Of a DNA stretch of 64,000 nucleotides, positions 23,113 to 37,800 are shown piece after piece (the stretch's first letter is position 1; each line of letters begins with the position of its first letter). A program made the position numbers and the translations under genes. A model generated the notes under the pieces. The model saw nothing but the letters and a program-made list of their open reading frames with translations. It ran no database searches and was not told where the DNA came from. The DNA comes from Lingula anatina (lineage: Eukaryota; Animalia; Brachiopoda), in contig CM120641.1 of assembly GCA_051362555.1 (NCBI GenBank), positions 39,934,401-39,998,400 on the forward strand, written 5' to 3'.

Positions 23113-24850
23113 CACCACGTTAGATGGAAACTTGATTGGGGTTCGACTCAATTTAATCTTTTAGGTATAGAATTCTCGGTAAATTTAAACGATACTGTCA
23201 CTTTAAACTTTGAGAAACAAATCCCGAATATAGAGGGTATGATTCGGCATTGGAATAGAAGAATACTAACCCCTATTGATAGAATTACTATCTTAAAAAC
23301 CCATATCATTCCAATGCTGAACCATCGTTTCATTTCTCTTCCAAATCCAGATCCAGTATTAATCAAACAATTAAATTCCCTTTTTTTCCAATTCATTTGG
23401 GGTAGCAAAATTGATAAGGTAAAGAGAGGTCAGATAGTAAAAGATTATGAACATGGTGGTCTAAAAATGACAGACTTAAGTAAATTCATAACGGTATTAA
23501 AATGTACATGGATAAGCAGACTATACCGTATATAACGTATATAACACTTTTCTCCAGAGCACCTTTGATTTACAATCTATTTGGAATATTTTTGACTATG
23601 GAAATGATTTTTAGATATACTCTTACTTAATTGCAATAATAGTTTTTTGAGAGATGTCATTATCTCCTGGAAAGATGTAACAAACGGTATAGAACATATA
23701 AATAGCAATGTCGCTCTTGAACCTCTGTGGTATAATAGTAGGCCTAAAGTAAAATTGGGTGGGGTATCAATATTTGATAAAGAATGGTACAGTAAGGGTA
23801 TTAGAATAATTGGCGATCTTTTCAACGAAGGAAAAATTTTAACCAAAGCAGAACTGGAGAGGAAATTTGGACTCCAGAGAGTTTGTGATCTAAAATATTT
23901 TGGAATACGTAACAGTTTAAAATGTAGGTTAAAAGAAAAAAACAATGAAATTTTTGAAGAAATTTTATTTCCTTATATTCAGCTACTTATAAAGATTCGA
24001 AATGGGTGTAAAGATTTCTATCAGGTTCTCATGAGTGAAACTCTTGAAAACTTGGTACACGAAAGGAAATGGAACCTAAATCTAAATACAAATATCACTT
24101 GGAAGTATGTTTGTGAGAATTGTTTCTAGTTTACAAGAGAAACAAAACTTCAGTGGTTCCAATATAGCATGATTTTAGAATCTTACCAGTTAGGTCATAC
24201 CTGAAAAGAATCGGTATTGAGGTGTCAGAGAAATGCTTTATCTGTGGAGCGGAGAGGGAAGATTTGCGACATGTATTGACATGTATCGAATGAGAAACAT
24301 TTGGACTGAAATGGAACGCTTGATTGCTAACAAAACTAATGAAAGAATTACACTCTCTGATGAAAATATAATTTTTGGAGTATCCAAAACGAATTTCAAG
24401 GCTCTAAATTATATTATTCTCGTCTCCAAATTATATATATATATATATATATATATACCTGTTTTAAAAGAAAAATGCAGCCGACCTTCCCTTCCCTTCT
24501 GTTATATATCAAAACAAAATTCGAATTGGAAAAATATGTTTCTCAAAAGAATCTTCAGTTATGTCATTTTCTTACAGAGTGGAGAACCTGGGATTCTATC
24601 TTTGACTACTTCTCCACTTACAAATTTACTATACAGTGCCATGGTAACTCTTCGCTACTTTCCTTTATGTAAAATGTTTGTGTCGTGTAATGGGCAGCAT
24701 CACTTGTATAATATTGTATTGTACGTAGTCTAGCTATCTACATATATTTCATGTTTACTTAATGTATAGTGAATGTCTTGTGCGTGTGCTTGTGTGTGTG
24801 TGTGTGTGTGTGTTTGCATATGTATTTTTGTTTGTCTTTGTGAATAAAAA
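23113..24850 (+). mobile_element. 5'-truncated, decayed L1/Tx1-type LINE (ORF2 C-terminal part)
   Basis: Fragments WNRRILTPIDRITILKT, FFQFIWGSKIDKVKR, GGLKMTD, PLWYNS; ends in aataaaaa; 16-bp TSD aatattatcctaaagg at 23097-23112 and 24851-24866; absent from unit 1. Confidence 0.9.
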
Positions 24851-27141
24851 AATATTATCCTAAAGGGTTCATATTTTAAAAACTTAAAAGTTACTAAAAT
24901 CTTTGTTACTGAGTACGAAAACTCTCCATACCAGCAAAACATGAATTAAAAAAAAAAAAAAAAATCCATGAGTAAGGCCCATACACAAAAAAGCCAGATT
25001 TATCATTTGCTCTTACGTACGAGTTTTAGAAAAAGTAGAACTCGCGAACATATTTTAACTTCATTTTTCACTTATGTTATTTTTTTCTTCAAATTAACAT
25101 ACTGTACATAGTGAGAATCAGTGCAAATGACCCGGATTTGATACTGACGCAGGAGCTGCTGCATTTCACGTGTATCATTTTTTTTTTTACGTGTGTTTGA
25201 AACTTTTAAGTTTCAAGTAAAAAAGTAATGTCAAGAAATAAAATGGGATTAAAATAATTAAAATAATGACTGGACAGTGGGCAAAAGTGCCTTGATCCGC
25301 CCCTGAAACTATTTTACTTTTTTAGATAATACGTGGCCTTTATTCCAATATTTATAATTTATTTATTTGTGCTCATTCTATTTATTTATCTATTTATTAG
25401 CATTTACTCGTTTTGATCCACTCTTTTGACTGTATCATTTCTTCTCGTAAGGTTGTGCTATCTGTTATCATCCCTCTCCAAAAGATCGTGAAATTCACCT
25501 TCAGGATTTCCGGCTTCTTCCTCAGTTCTAGTTGACCGGCTGTTGCATGATATCAGTGTTGTGTTCTTTCCATGACTAATGCAGTAAGCACCATACATCG
25601 TCACAACATTTCTGGAGACAAGACTCGTCAAAAGTCTTTTCACTAATGAGAAGGTTGCTTTTGTCCTAACTTCTTTAAATAAACACTTAAGTGCACTACT
25701 AAATGAAATTTGTTTCGTTCTGGCTAAATGGCATACTTGTACTGGCGGACTTTTAGGAAAAGTTTTTTTTCTTGGTCACAATTAAGTCTTTCACTCTATT
25801 TTTGGTAAGTTTTCATTTCTCGTTCTTTAATAGTTGAGTTTCTTTGTGCGCTTTTGACAATCTATTTGCCTCAGATTGCCCTCCATAACAACTGCCAGTG
25901 ATACTAGGGTCATTTGCCAAAATGGCTTGATTCTTTTTTTTTTTTAAACAGAAATAATACAGTTTTAAGAGTAAACGATTCTTTAATCAACACATCAGTC
26001 TAAGCCGCCCTAAAACAACGAAAAAAGATGTAATAATCTTTATTTTTTAGGATTTAGATTTTTATAGAATTAATGTACATACTCAGGGCACTTCTAAGGA
26101 CCTTACCCTGCCATCGCTATAACAGGTAAAACCGGCATCGCGTCACGTAAACGGGTAAACTTCCTGAAATGTTGTAAATGTAATACAACAAAGATTTTTC
26201 TAAATACCACAGGATGCATTTATTTACAGATTTCCAATAACCTGATTCGATCACATATGCTTTCCCATAATTGGCTGAAATATGTTTTTTTTTTCAGTTT
26301 CTTTTCAGTAAAACTGGTGACCACAGGGTATATAGACATATTTGGGAATAGAAGGGTAGCCTACTTAGGTATGTTATATCAAGTCTGTAAGTAAACGCAT
26401 GCACAATCTTGCCGTATACCCCACGTTAGCTGTCTAGTGTATATAATCGATTGTTTGCCCCCACCCTCTACCCTTAATACGCTTCCTTATTGAACATTCA
26501 GCACGCACTTTGTTGACGCAGCGAGCTAGACAGGCCATTGATTGATGTAAAAAGAAATTCAAACAAATAAATGCCAGCAAAAAAACTCAGTTTGTCGTCT
26601 ATTCAAAGCATAATTCAATATAGCTAAGGGCTTCATTGAAATGAAATCCAATCGGATGTTTGTTTGAATACAGATGTTTTGTGGACCAGTTTCTAACTTT
26701 GTTCTTATCATGACTTAGAAACCATTTAACATATGAATAATAGCTAAAACGCAAAATGAAATTTTGCACCAACATAAACAAAGCGGCAGACTAGTGGGTT
26801 ATTCCCAGGTGCAATGCAGCGTGAAATACTCACTTGTAAAGAAGAATTGTAAAGTAAGAAACCGGCAGCTTGGAAGCGTGCCAACTGCAGGTAGAAATTT
26901 TTCTCCGAATTCACGCAACATGGCGACAGGTACCTGTGCCCGTGATGTGTTAGAAGTCGAAAGTGGGTCCAATGGGCGACATGTGGAGCAGGTCGACGTA
27001 CTGCCTACTTAGATCTTACCACGACTGTGTGCGAAAGTCAACAAACAGGCATTTTTATTTTCTCGCGTGCATGAATACATCTCGAATAGAAGGATTTTTA
27101 GAGACCAGTGGATTGTGTAAATTTTAACCAGAAAACAAGTT

Positions 27142-30100
27142 ATGGCTTATTGTAGACTTGTCTTGCTTGGACTCTTTTCCATGTTTTGGGCAACATGTCC
27201 ATGTTTCGAACATTCACCATTTGCGTCTGGAGGAGGGAATTTGGGATCGTTAACCCATTGGACCTTGACGGAGGATGCTATATTGAAGGTGGTAGCGCGC
27301 TTTTTCGAGTCTGATCCCAGAATTCCAGACGGAGCGCTACAGGACTTGCAGCCCTTGTCAGCAGAACTGCTATTTCACGAATATTACGTGAAGTATTTAA
27401 ATGGTATGGGGTATTTTATACTTTATTTATGCGTTCCTCATTTTGTCTCTCAGTTTACACCAGTTTATCAAAAAGAGAAGCAAAAAATGTATATACTGCC
27501 ATTGTATCTGTCCCTGTCGTCACCGTAATTGTCGCTGTCTCAGTCCAAAACAATTTTTTATCCAATAATTTTCAAACGTTTTTTTTTTTTTTTTTAATTT
27601 TATATTTACTTAAAATTTGCCGTGTGGTTTTGTAGGTTAAAACAACTTTGATCAAGTTTTATAAAGGGCGTTCTCCTGAGGCTTGTCGGAAATCCAGAAA
27701 TACATGTTTATATGCTTCAAAGAAGAGTGAGGAATTAAGGAAGAAATGTTCTCAACTTTGCAACTGGAAATTTTAATTTATATTTGGAAAATCTTCTACA
27801 TTATGATCTTGCTCCAAAAACTGACAGAAATTACTTCTTGAGTTTGACGGCACAGATTATTCATTTTTCTCAGTTATTTTGTCACAGGTTCATTTTCGGG
27901 ATAAGCAATAATACAACAGTTGAATGTTTAGCTACCTTCCATTCCAAAGTTTGTTTGCAGACAGTAAAAAGACATGTGCGTGTATAATGGGTCTTTTATT
28001 TTGTTTTTAGTAACATCATGAATTTCATTTCCAAATATGGTCCGGATAAGGACTCATTTCCATCGGTCTATGTAGATCGACCAAGCTCTGCGGGGACTTT
28101 CGCTGAGTGCAATCAGTTTAACAGAATTAACACGAAGGCTGGTACCTTGGAGACAAGAGAAGGCGTGTCATTCAGTTAAGCTGATTGCAATTTAGTGAGA
28201 GTCCCAGCAGAGCTGGGTCGATCTACGTCAACCGATGGTGTTTATGACCGGGTTCCCATACCTATAGATCGCCCGATCCATCTCCAAGGGGTTTCTCGCT
28301 ATATTCCTTTCAGCTTAAGCGGCTTAGATGTATGACACGACTACTGAAGCTGCTAAACGATAATTAATTACCCCCTAGCAGCTTCAGTGGGCGTGACAGA
28401 TATCTAACCCGCTTAAGTTGATAGCAATTTAGCGATAATCCCCTTGGAGATAGATCGATCCAAACTTAGTACGATAGGGTCTGGGAATGGTCCATATGGG
28501 TTTGGGGGTCTTAGTCGTTCATGGTTGAGAGCCACTGGTTAAAATGTTTAAACGCCGTTTAGCTTACCCGCTGTTTAGCTGCCTTTTATGCAACGCAATT
28601 TAAACGCCGTTTAGTTAACCCATCATTTTTAATGGACCCAAGGTTAACCGACGTTAAGAGAATTTATTTACCAATTAGGAATATACGACGGTTAGTGCTA
28701 AACGCCTTTATTATAAAACTGAGTCCTGATAGTTAGAAGGCACAGAGAAAACGTTAAAGAAAATTTATAATATAGTGGTTTTTGTTACAAATGAACTGAT
28801 ACGTTTTAGAGCTTAAAAGCATAAGTCCTACAATAATTTTTCCTTGGGAACGAATGTATTATGCATACGTCTTAAATCCGTTTTTTAACGTTAGAAACAC
28901 AGGTGAAACCTGACAAATTTCGAGAAGCTGTCATGCAAATCGTCAAGGTAAGCGCCGTGCAGGACATCAGCTACCCAAAGGATGCAGTCATCCATATGAG
29001 AAACGAAAGAATAAAAGAAGGCAAGTTTGGGTGATATCACCGTTGTGTGTCTATATAATTTCTTCATAAAGAAATCCATGGTAGATCATTGCACTAATTT
29101 TTGGATGTGTTCTGTAGCAGCTTTACATTATCTACTGCCCAAGTTTTTCTCTAAGTATTTAATCAGTAACAGAGAAACTATTGACCAGGATCATGTGGCC
29201 TAAGGGGGGCATCAACTGGGAGATGGAGACATTAAATACCATTTCTCGGTGGATTCAGGGTAGGCCCTATCAAAAATTAAGTGGACACTTATTATATCTT
29301 TTTGTTACCCAACGCCCCCCCCCCCCCCATTTTACCAAATTCGCCTTTCAAAATTGCAGTATCCCTGTTGACCTCAGTGTTTGTCTTTCTACCCTTGTGG
29401 GAGGGAAGGGAGAATGGGGTTTAAAAATCTAAATGCTCCATTTGATTTTAATTTGGCCAGGAATATGATACATGTATGCCTATACATGTCTATAAACAGA
29501 GCTAACGGCAGTAAATCTAAAAGGGAACAGTTTGGCTTTTTCTTTTGTTGTTACAATTGTACTTTCAGGTCATAAATGGATCGTTAAACTCAGAAAAATA
29601 CTCCTAGAAACATTGGCGGAGGACAAACCTGATTATGACGCTGCACGGGACTGGCTAGGCGAAATTTTTCACACCCTTCAAGATTTCTACAGCAATACCA
29701 ATTGGATAGAACTTAATTCTGAGGATGAGTTTTATATTAACTTAGGTTAGCAAAATTCCAACACTATTGCTATGATCATGTTGTGCTGAGACTTGTAGAA
29801 GAAAAAGGTATTTTGTCTCTTATGTATTTCAAAAGTCTGAAAAAAGATTTTCTCTCAAAGAAATAAAGAGAATGTTCTCATCTCTCTTCATGAACTTAAC
29901 CTGCTATGAATTCTGTTGTATATCTTATCGTTTACAGGCCTCGAAGATCGTGTTCTTATGCCAATAGCACATTCACAGACGCCTGTATGCACAGATTGTA
30001 ATGACGCAGACGGGTAAGGAATTCCCAAGTTAATTGTGTTGAAACAGAGAACATTTCTTTACCCTTCCTTTTCTCCTAATATTTTTCTTTTTTGGCTTTT

Positions 30101-31763
30101 TATTTGCTATTTTATTTTACATTTAGCTGAACTTCCTCTATAAGCAAATGTTTACTTGTCATTCAGTACTTGCAAAGATAACCTGATTGACATGGGCGAT
30201 GTTCTGACCAGTGGCTATTACAGTATGGGAGACCCTGCTGTTAAACCAGGTGAACGTTTGCGCAGTTTTTAACATTTTAATTTAATTATATTGTGTTAAT
30301 ATTTTATTCTGTTAATATTTAGAAGAATGTACATTATTCTTTGTTATAATAAAAATCGCTTGTAACACCAAAGAAAGAGCCACTAATGTGTTATTCAAAG
30401 AGAAATAACATCTCATTAAAAATTTTCAAATAAAGTTACTAATGACGGCTTATATATTTTAATCGTTTTGACAATATATAAAAACTCCAGAGATTTAAAC
30501 AGGTATCAATAAGACCCTTTAACTTCTTCTTTATTGGCCATCAGAAGAAGATGGAAAGTGCAGCCATGGTGGAGCATCTGATCTGACCAGGACCATGTGG
30601 CCTAAGGGGGGCATCAACAAAGAAACCAAAAATCCACAAAAATCACCGCATCATTATTATCACGACAAGGCAGCGACCGCGGCTATTAAACATGTAGAAT
30701 TTTTCTTAGACGGCCCAGGTATGGTTTCACACACTCTACCGGGTTTTAATTTAAGTTGTTTATGCAATATTAAGATTGTATTACTGGAGGTACATGCATT
30801 AGTTTAACAGCATAGAAATATGATTTTTGTATGTTTTATAACCATATATTTACATGTTACAATTAATGATGAAAAGATGAAAGGAAACGCAAAATTACTG
30901 ACGGGGGTCTTGATATTTTGATTTTATAGTTCGATTGATTTTTTTTTTTTTGCATACAATGTAATGCGCCAATTTATTTATATACTTCTTGTACAGTTGT
31001 ACAAATAGTGAAAAAAATCACTAGATATTTGCAGATATATCTCTGTCCAGGGAGATTTTTTTTTTTTTTTTTTTTTGGCACAGAAATGACAAACTCACCC
31101 AGCAAGCCTCTGATTGAGAATATAGTGTCCACTGCATTGTGAAACATTGTCTCCCCTTGAATCCGTCATGAATATATTAGCACATGTCACCATGCATGTG
31201 TTTGCACGTGTATTATAGTTCCAAGAACATAGCTGAACGCAGGGTTATACTCTAAGTCCGATAACACCAACATGGTAAACTCAGATAAAAGGTTAATTAT
31301 AGGATAAGAATTGTCAAATAATGTCAGTTTATAAAAATTATTTGAGTGTTTAATTGTAAGCACTGATAACGATTTTGTTTCTCTTTCAGTCACGGGGCTT
31401 CGAGCGCTGATAGGGGTTAAGAAATTTACAGAACTCTTCCAAATTGGGTCAATGGTGTCGATGGTGTTTGTTATTGATGACACCGGTTCCATGGCAGAGG
31501 AGATAGATGCAGTAAAAAATCAATGTGTCAAACTCGTAGAAACTACATCCGGGACAGTTAGCGCTCCATTTGATTATATTCTTTCTACGTTTAATGATCC
31601 TGGTAAGTCAGAGGCAGTGGGGAGGGGGTGATGGTACAACGTGTAATAGTTTAAGTGGGCCCAGGAGAAAATTTTAAGCATACTAGTCAGAGTTTTGAAA
31701 TATTAGTTACGTATAACTGCTCCAGGGTTGACATTTATAAATAAAGAAAGTTACATCGGATCA

Positions 31764-31802
<39 letters not shown>

Positions 31803-34800
31803 ACTATGTGTAAATATGAACTCGTCACTCGTCTTGTCTTGTGACTTGATGTAGCTCTGACGCCCTCTAATTGTTCCTTTGTCTGTTCTTTTGTCTATGT
31901 CCCTTTGTTCTGTCTTCCCGCGTCTTTGCCACGTGACTTCACATTATAAAAGGCATTGACGCGGTATTTTCTAATAGTGCTGAAGTTGCTGTTCATCTGT
32001 CTGTTTCTATGTGTTTTCAGACCAAGCCGTATTGGTATATTCAGCACTCTTTCTAAACGCCCTTGAATAAGATCAGGGGTGAAAATTTTAGTTGTAGCAA
32101 TAAAATTTTACACAACCAGAGAGTCCGTCTGTTACAAATGGTGCCGCGAGCCGGGACCCCTACATGTCAATCGACTGCAAACGACTACGATTAGTCTACT
32201 GTACGTCTACCTGTTTTCCTGTTATAACAAGGCTAGGCGGTTTGGCCGATGAATCGGGGTCTCATTATCAACGTCACTGACTCGGTGTGAGTAGTGGACA
32301 TCGGACATCTCTGTGTGTGGAAGTGTGAACACTAAGTGGTGGATCGTGTAAATCGTCTTCGGACCATGTTGACCGACACCGTTGTGTTTGTATGACCTGT
32401 ACCTGGACTGTGCATATAAACTGCCACTGACCCATCTGGATTGTCTCAGGACATCGTTCACGGAGGACTGTGACTGCATACTTCCCCTCGGTTGTGAATG
32501 CTGAGTTACTTACCTTAGATGATCATTCAGGACGATTCTTTTTAGACTGTGTTGTGAGCCACTCTACTAGGAACATTTTCTGTGACATTTATACATAGTT
32601 TGATATATTTTTTTTTTCGTACTATACACAGGCATTGATTCAAATAAACCTCAGATTTGTTTAAAAGATTTTTTTTTCTGGCTCGAAGATAACCATCATT
32701 TATTCAGTTATTGTCAGGTGTGTTTATTCCTCCATTAAAATTACTAAAATTTAAGTCTATTTGTTGGTGGATTAATAGGCCAGATTACCTGTTACGTGTT
32801 ACGTGTTATTTAATGTCTGTGCTGCAATTTGATTAAAGGAAAGTTGTTTCTGTTCAATTAAGATTATATACATTAAATTAAAAGAAAAACTGTCTAGGGT
32901 AATTTACATTTAAAACATTTTAGTTGCTTACTAATTACCCCATTGCTTTTATTTATCATTATTTAATTGGATTATTCTTTAGTTGAGATGTTTTTTTTTT
33001 TTTTATTTAGTTGATTATTTTGTGGTTATTCAGTTAATTTAGTTCCATTAGTATTTAGTTCCATTATACCAAATTATTTTCAATTTGTTTATTATTTCAA
33101 TTAGTTTATTGTGAGTATACCTCTTTGGTTTAATTTATCAGTTTAGGTTCAAATTTATTTTTCATTACAATATACTAAACGGCTAACCCTAATTTTTATT
33201 CCTTGTAGAATATCTTGATTTGCTTTTCTCTTATTTCCTCAAAATTTAGTTCCAATTTTCTTTACAGTTTCTTCCCAAGCTATTGATTTTTTTAGTTAAA
33301 AAAATCTGCTTATTTTAGTATTTGATTTTCCAGTTGAGTTCTATTCAACTTTTAGTGTTACATTCATTTTGAGTTCTTTGATTTCCTTTCATTGATTTCA
33401 CATCATTTCATTGGTTTACTTCATTTCTTTGCATTCATACTTTTTATTATTTTATGTTTCAAACCCATTTCGGTTCATCCGTATTAGCTTTGCCCAGATT
33501 GGTTTTACTCTTATGACTGCTGAAATTTCAATTTGAATTTATACTTTTGCTTGGCTATCTGGTATTTACAGTTCTGTAAGACATGGCTACTGGGGGTGCG
33601 CGAATGTCTGATAAAGAGAAAGATAAACTTGTTGCCGCGTTTGAAGCACTTGATGCGAACCCAGATTCTGACCACCTTGAGCAGTGGATGGAAGAGTACG
33701 TAAGAAGCCATGAACGCGAAGAACGTGGTGAACGTAGTACACATTCGCAGCCGCGAGAATACATGCCTCCTCCATATTATACCGCGCCCAAACTCGCAAT
33801 TTTCTCTGGTGATTTTAATAAAGATGCCACATATGAAGCTTGGTGCTTTGAGGTCAATTCTCTTCGTAGTGGACGTGTTTTTCCCGAGCATGTGGTCTCC
33901 ACCGCGGTTAAAAAATCTTTAAGAGGAGAGGCTGCAAAGATCGTGCAAAGATTGGGAATAAACTGCACTTTAGATGAAATTCTTGCTAAATTCAAGGGCA
34001 TATACGGTGCAGTAGAAGATCGAGAAAATCTTCTTTCGAAGTTTTACAGCGCGAATCAAAAGGAAGGTGAGAGCGTGGCTGAATGGGGTTGCAGACTTGA
34101 AGATATTTTGTACCGTGCGCTAGATGATCGCATTATGTCTACAGACTCCAGGAATGACATGCTACGTATAAAGTTCTGGAGTGGACTGCATAAGCCACTT
34201 AAAGAGGCGTTGAGACATAAGCTGGATACAGAGCTGACTTTTGATCAATTGAGAGTTGAGTCCCGGAAAATTGAAGGTGAGTTAGGACTTTTACCATCGG
34301 AAAATAAAAACATAAAATCTGTTCATGTGAAGCAGACTACTGCAGAGACTAAGTCCAATGATTGTGAACTAAGAGGCATGATTAATCAGATCAATAGTAG
34401 ATTTGATAGAATAGAGAAACGCTTTAATGCATTGGAAAATAATGCTGCAATGTCTTCTGGTCAAGAAACAGTTCACGTTTCAGATAGAATTCCACGTACC
34501 AGAGGTATTGGTAGAGGCCAAGGCCGTGGCTATAGAAGAGGAAGAGGTCGTACTTATTCTTCCTTTTCAGGTCAACGTTCTTTTTCAGTAACCAACAGGA
34601 ATAGCCAGATAAACAATGCATCAAAAGAAATTATTTGTTTCAGATGTGGACAACCTGGTCATGTTGCTGTTGGGTGTAGAGCAGACATTAGTGCTCATTT
34701 AAACTCCAAAGAGTCTGTTTAGCCAGTGCAACAGACTCAAAATCTCCAAAGGTTGTTAAAAATACTCCAAATTTAGTGGGCGATTCTAATGAATGTATAA

Positions 34801-37800
34801 TTGCTATTGACAAATGTTCTTTTTCAGCCTTATTAGACACTGGTGCCAATGTATCAACAATTTGTGAAAATGCATACAAGAGAATAGAGCAGGTTTATCC
34901 TCTGAAACAATTAGATCTTTGTCAGTTGGAAATTGAGGTAGCTGGAGGTCAGACATTACCTTACTCTGGTTATGTTGAGGTAGACATTAGTATTCCAGGT
35001 GTATCTGACCCAATAAGCTGTGTCATGTTGGTTGTGGCCGATACAAAGTATGGTAAGGATGTGCCTATTGTTCTAGGAACTAATGTTTTAGAACTCATCA
35101 TGAAAAATGTAGAGAGCAAGTATGGTGTAAGGTTTCAGCAAGCTAAACACATTCCAAGCTCTCTGTTACTCTCCATGAGGTGCCTGAAGTCGATGCATGA
35201 TAGACTGAAAAGAAACAACGGACAGATAGGTATTGTAAAATCTGCTATCTCTGACAAAGTAGTTATTCCAAGCAATACTTCAGTTTTAATCAAGGGCTGT
35301 ATTGATAGGAAATTGGACGTTTTACCAAAGGTAGGTATCTTGCAGCCATGGGAGAAGTCAGTTTTACCAAGAGGGGTAACCATTACTCCAGCTTTGGTTG
35401 ATACCAAAGAACAAGAAGTTTTACCTGTTCAGGTGAGTAACCTTAACACATATCCAGTTGTCATAGCACCTAAAAGTGTAATTTGTCAGATACAGGCATG
35501 CCAGGAGTTGGACGGTGAAGAAGAGGATCATGGTGGTTCAAACAATGACAACATGGAATATTTGTCTCAGATAGATCTGAACAAAGATTTATCTGATGAG
35601 AAATTCAGGAAGGTGAGTGATTTTATCCAAGGTTATTCAGATATATTTTCTCAAAGTGATGAGGATGTAGGTTTCACCAGTTTGGTTAAACACAGGATAG
35701 TCTTGTCAAATCATGAGCCTTTTAAGCAGAGACATAGGAGGATTCCACCCTCTATGTACCAAGAGGTAAGAAATCACATCAGACAACTTCTTAACTCCGG
35801 TGTAATAAGAAAAAGCCAAAGTCCTTGGGCTTCAAATATTGTACTTGTAAAGAAGAAAGATGGTAGTCTGAGATTGTGTGTTGACTATAGACAGCTGAAT
35901 CAACGTACTGTGAAGGATGCCTTTGCATTACCACGGACTGAAGAACTCCTTGATGATATTGGAGGTAAGCTGTTTTATAGCGTTTTAGATATGAAGAGTG
36001 GTTACCATCAAGTCCCCATTGAAGAAGCACATAAACAGTACACTGCATTTACTGTCGGACCATTGGGTTTGTATGAATATAACAAACTTCCTTTTGGGCT
36101 ATGCAATGCTCCAGCAACATATCAGCGTATGATGGAGGAGACTCTGGATGGTATCCATGACTCAGGTGAGAAGTTTTGTCACATTTATTTGGATGATGTG
36201 ATTGTAGCGTCAAAATCTTTCTCAGAACATTTGGATCATCTCAGCTTGGTCTTTGAGCGCTTTAGACAAGCAGGTCTTAAGCTATCTCCAAAGAAATGCA
36301 AACTTTTCCAGGAAAAGGTATGTTTTATTGGTTACATTGTATCTTCAAGAGGCATTGAAGCTGACCCAGCAAAGATTGAAAAGGTAAAGAACTGGCCTGT
36401 CCCGAAAACTGCAGATGAATTGAGAATATTCTTGGGTTTCACGGGCTACTACCGTAAGTTTGTAAAGGACTATTCAAAAATTGCTAGACCATTGTACAAC
36501 TTACTTACTGACCCGGTAGATGCCAAAACTGTAAAGAAAAGAAAAGGTAAAAAGTCACCTAAGCAGAATGCATGTTGGCAGTGGAAAGATGATGAGCAGC
36601 TAGCTTTTGATACGTTGAAAGGCATTTTGTCATCACCACCTGTGTTAGCTTACCCAGATTTTAGCAAGCCATTTTTTTTACACACCGATGCATGTCAGAC
36701 TGGTCTAGGAGCTGTGTTATACCAGGAAAATGAAGGTAAGGAACGAGTCATTAGTTTTGCTTCTAGAGGCCTCACGAAAGGTGAAAGAAACTACCCTGTT
36801 CACAAATTAGAGTTTTTAGCATTGAAATGGGCTGTTACTAAAAAGTTTCATGATTATCTTTATGGTAACACATTTGTAGTCTACACAGACAACAACCCAT
36901 TAACATATGTTCTTACAACTGCAAAACTGGATGCTACAGGACACCGCTGGATTGCTGCCTTGAGTAATTATGACTTCACTATTCGGTATCGTGCTGGAAA
37001 GGCTAATGCTGATGCCGACGGACTTTCAAGAAAACCTCAAAACAGTGAAGGTGAGTATGACGAAATTTCTAAAGATGTCATAAGATCTATTTGCCAGAAA
37101 ACCGACACTGGTTATTTAGAAAGCATCTGTATGTCAGCACAGATTGTAGATGAGCAAGTATTAGACTCTAGTGACTTCACTCCAGTGGATTGGAGATCAG
37201 AACAAATGAAGGACGAAGTGGTAAGTTTTTTTCTGAAAGGAGTTGAGAATAAGCAGAAACCAGTTGTTTCAGAATTGCAAGAGGGAGAGATGAAAGCATT
37301 TTGTAAAGAATTTCCACGATTAGAGGTGAGAAACGGTATTTTGTACAGGAAGGCAGAAATAGCTGGAGAGACAAGATTCCAGTTAGTCCTACCGAAAAGT
37401 CACAGAGCGAAAGCAATGAAGGGAGTGCACAATGACGTTGGCCATTTAGGTAAAGAAAGGGGAATGTTAAACTTGAGGCAAAGATTTTATTGGCCACGTA
37501 TGGCAGTTGATTTAGAAACCTGGATTAGAACATGCGAACGATGCTTAAAACGTAAGTCCCCATCAAATTCAAAAGCTCCTTTAGTGAATATACAAAGTAC
37601 ACAGCCTTTAGAACTCGTTTGTATGGATTTTTTGGGTTTGGAATCATCAAAAGGTGGGTATCAAAACATTTTAGTCATAACTGACCATTTTACAAAATTT
37701 GCAGTAGCTGTTCCCAAAAAAAACCAAACAGCAAAAAACAACAGCTAATGCCTTTTTACAAAATTTTGTTTACTATTTCGGCTTTCCAAAACGGATTCAT

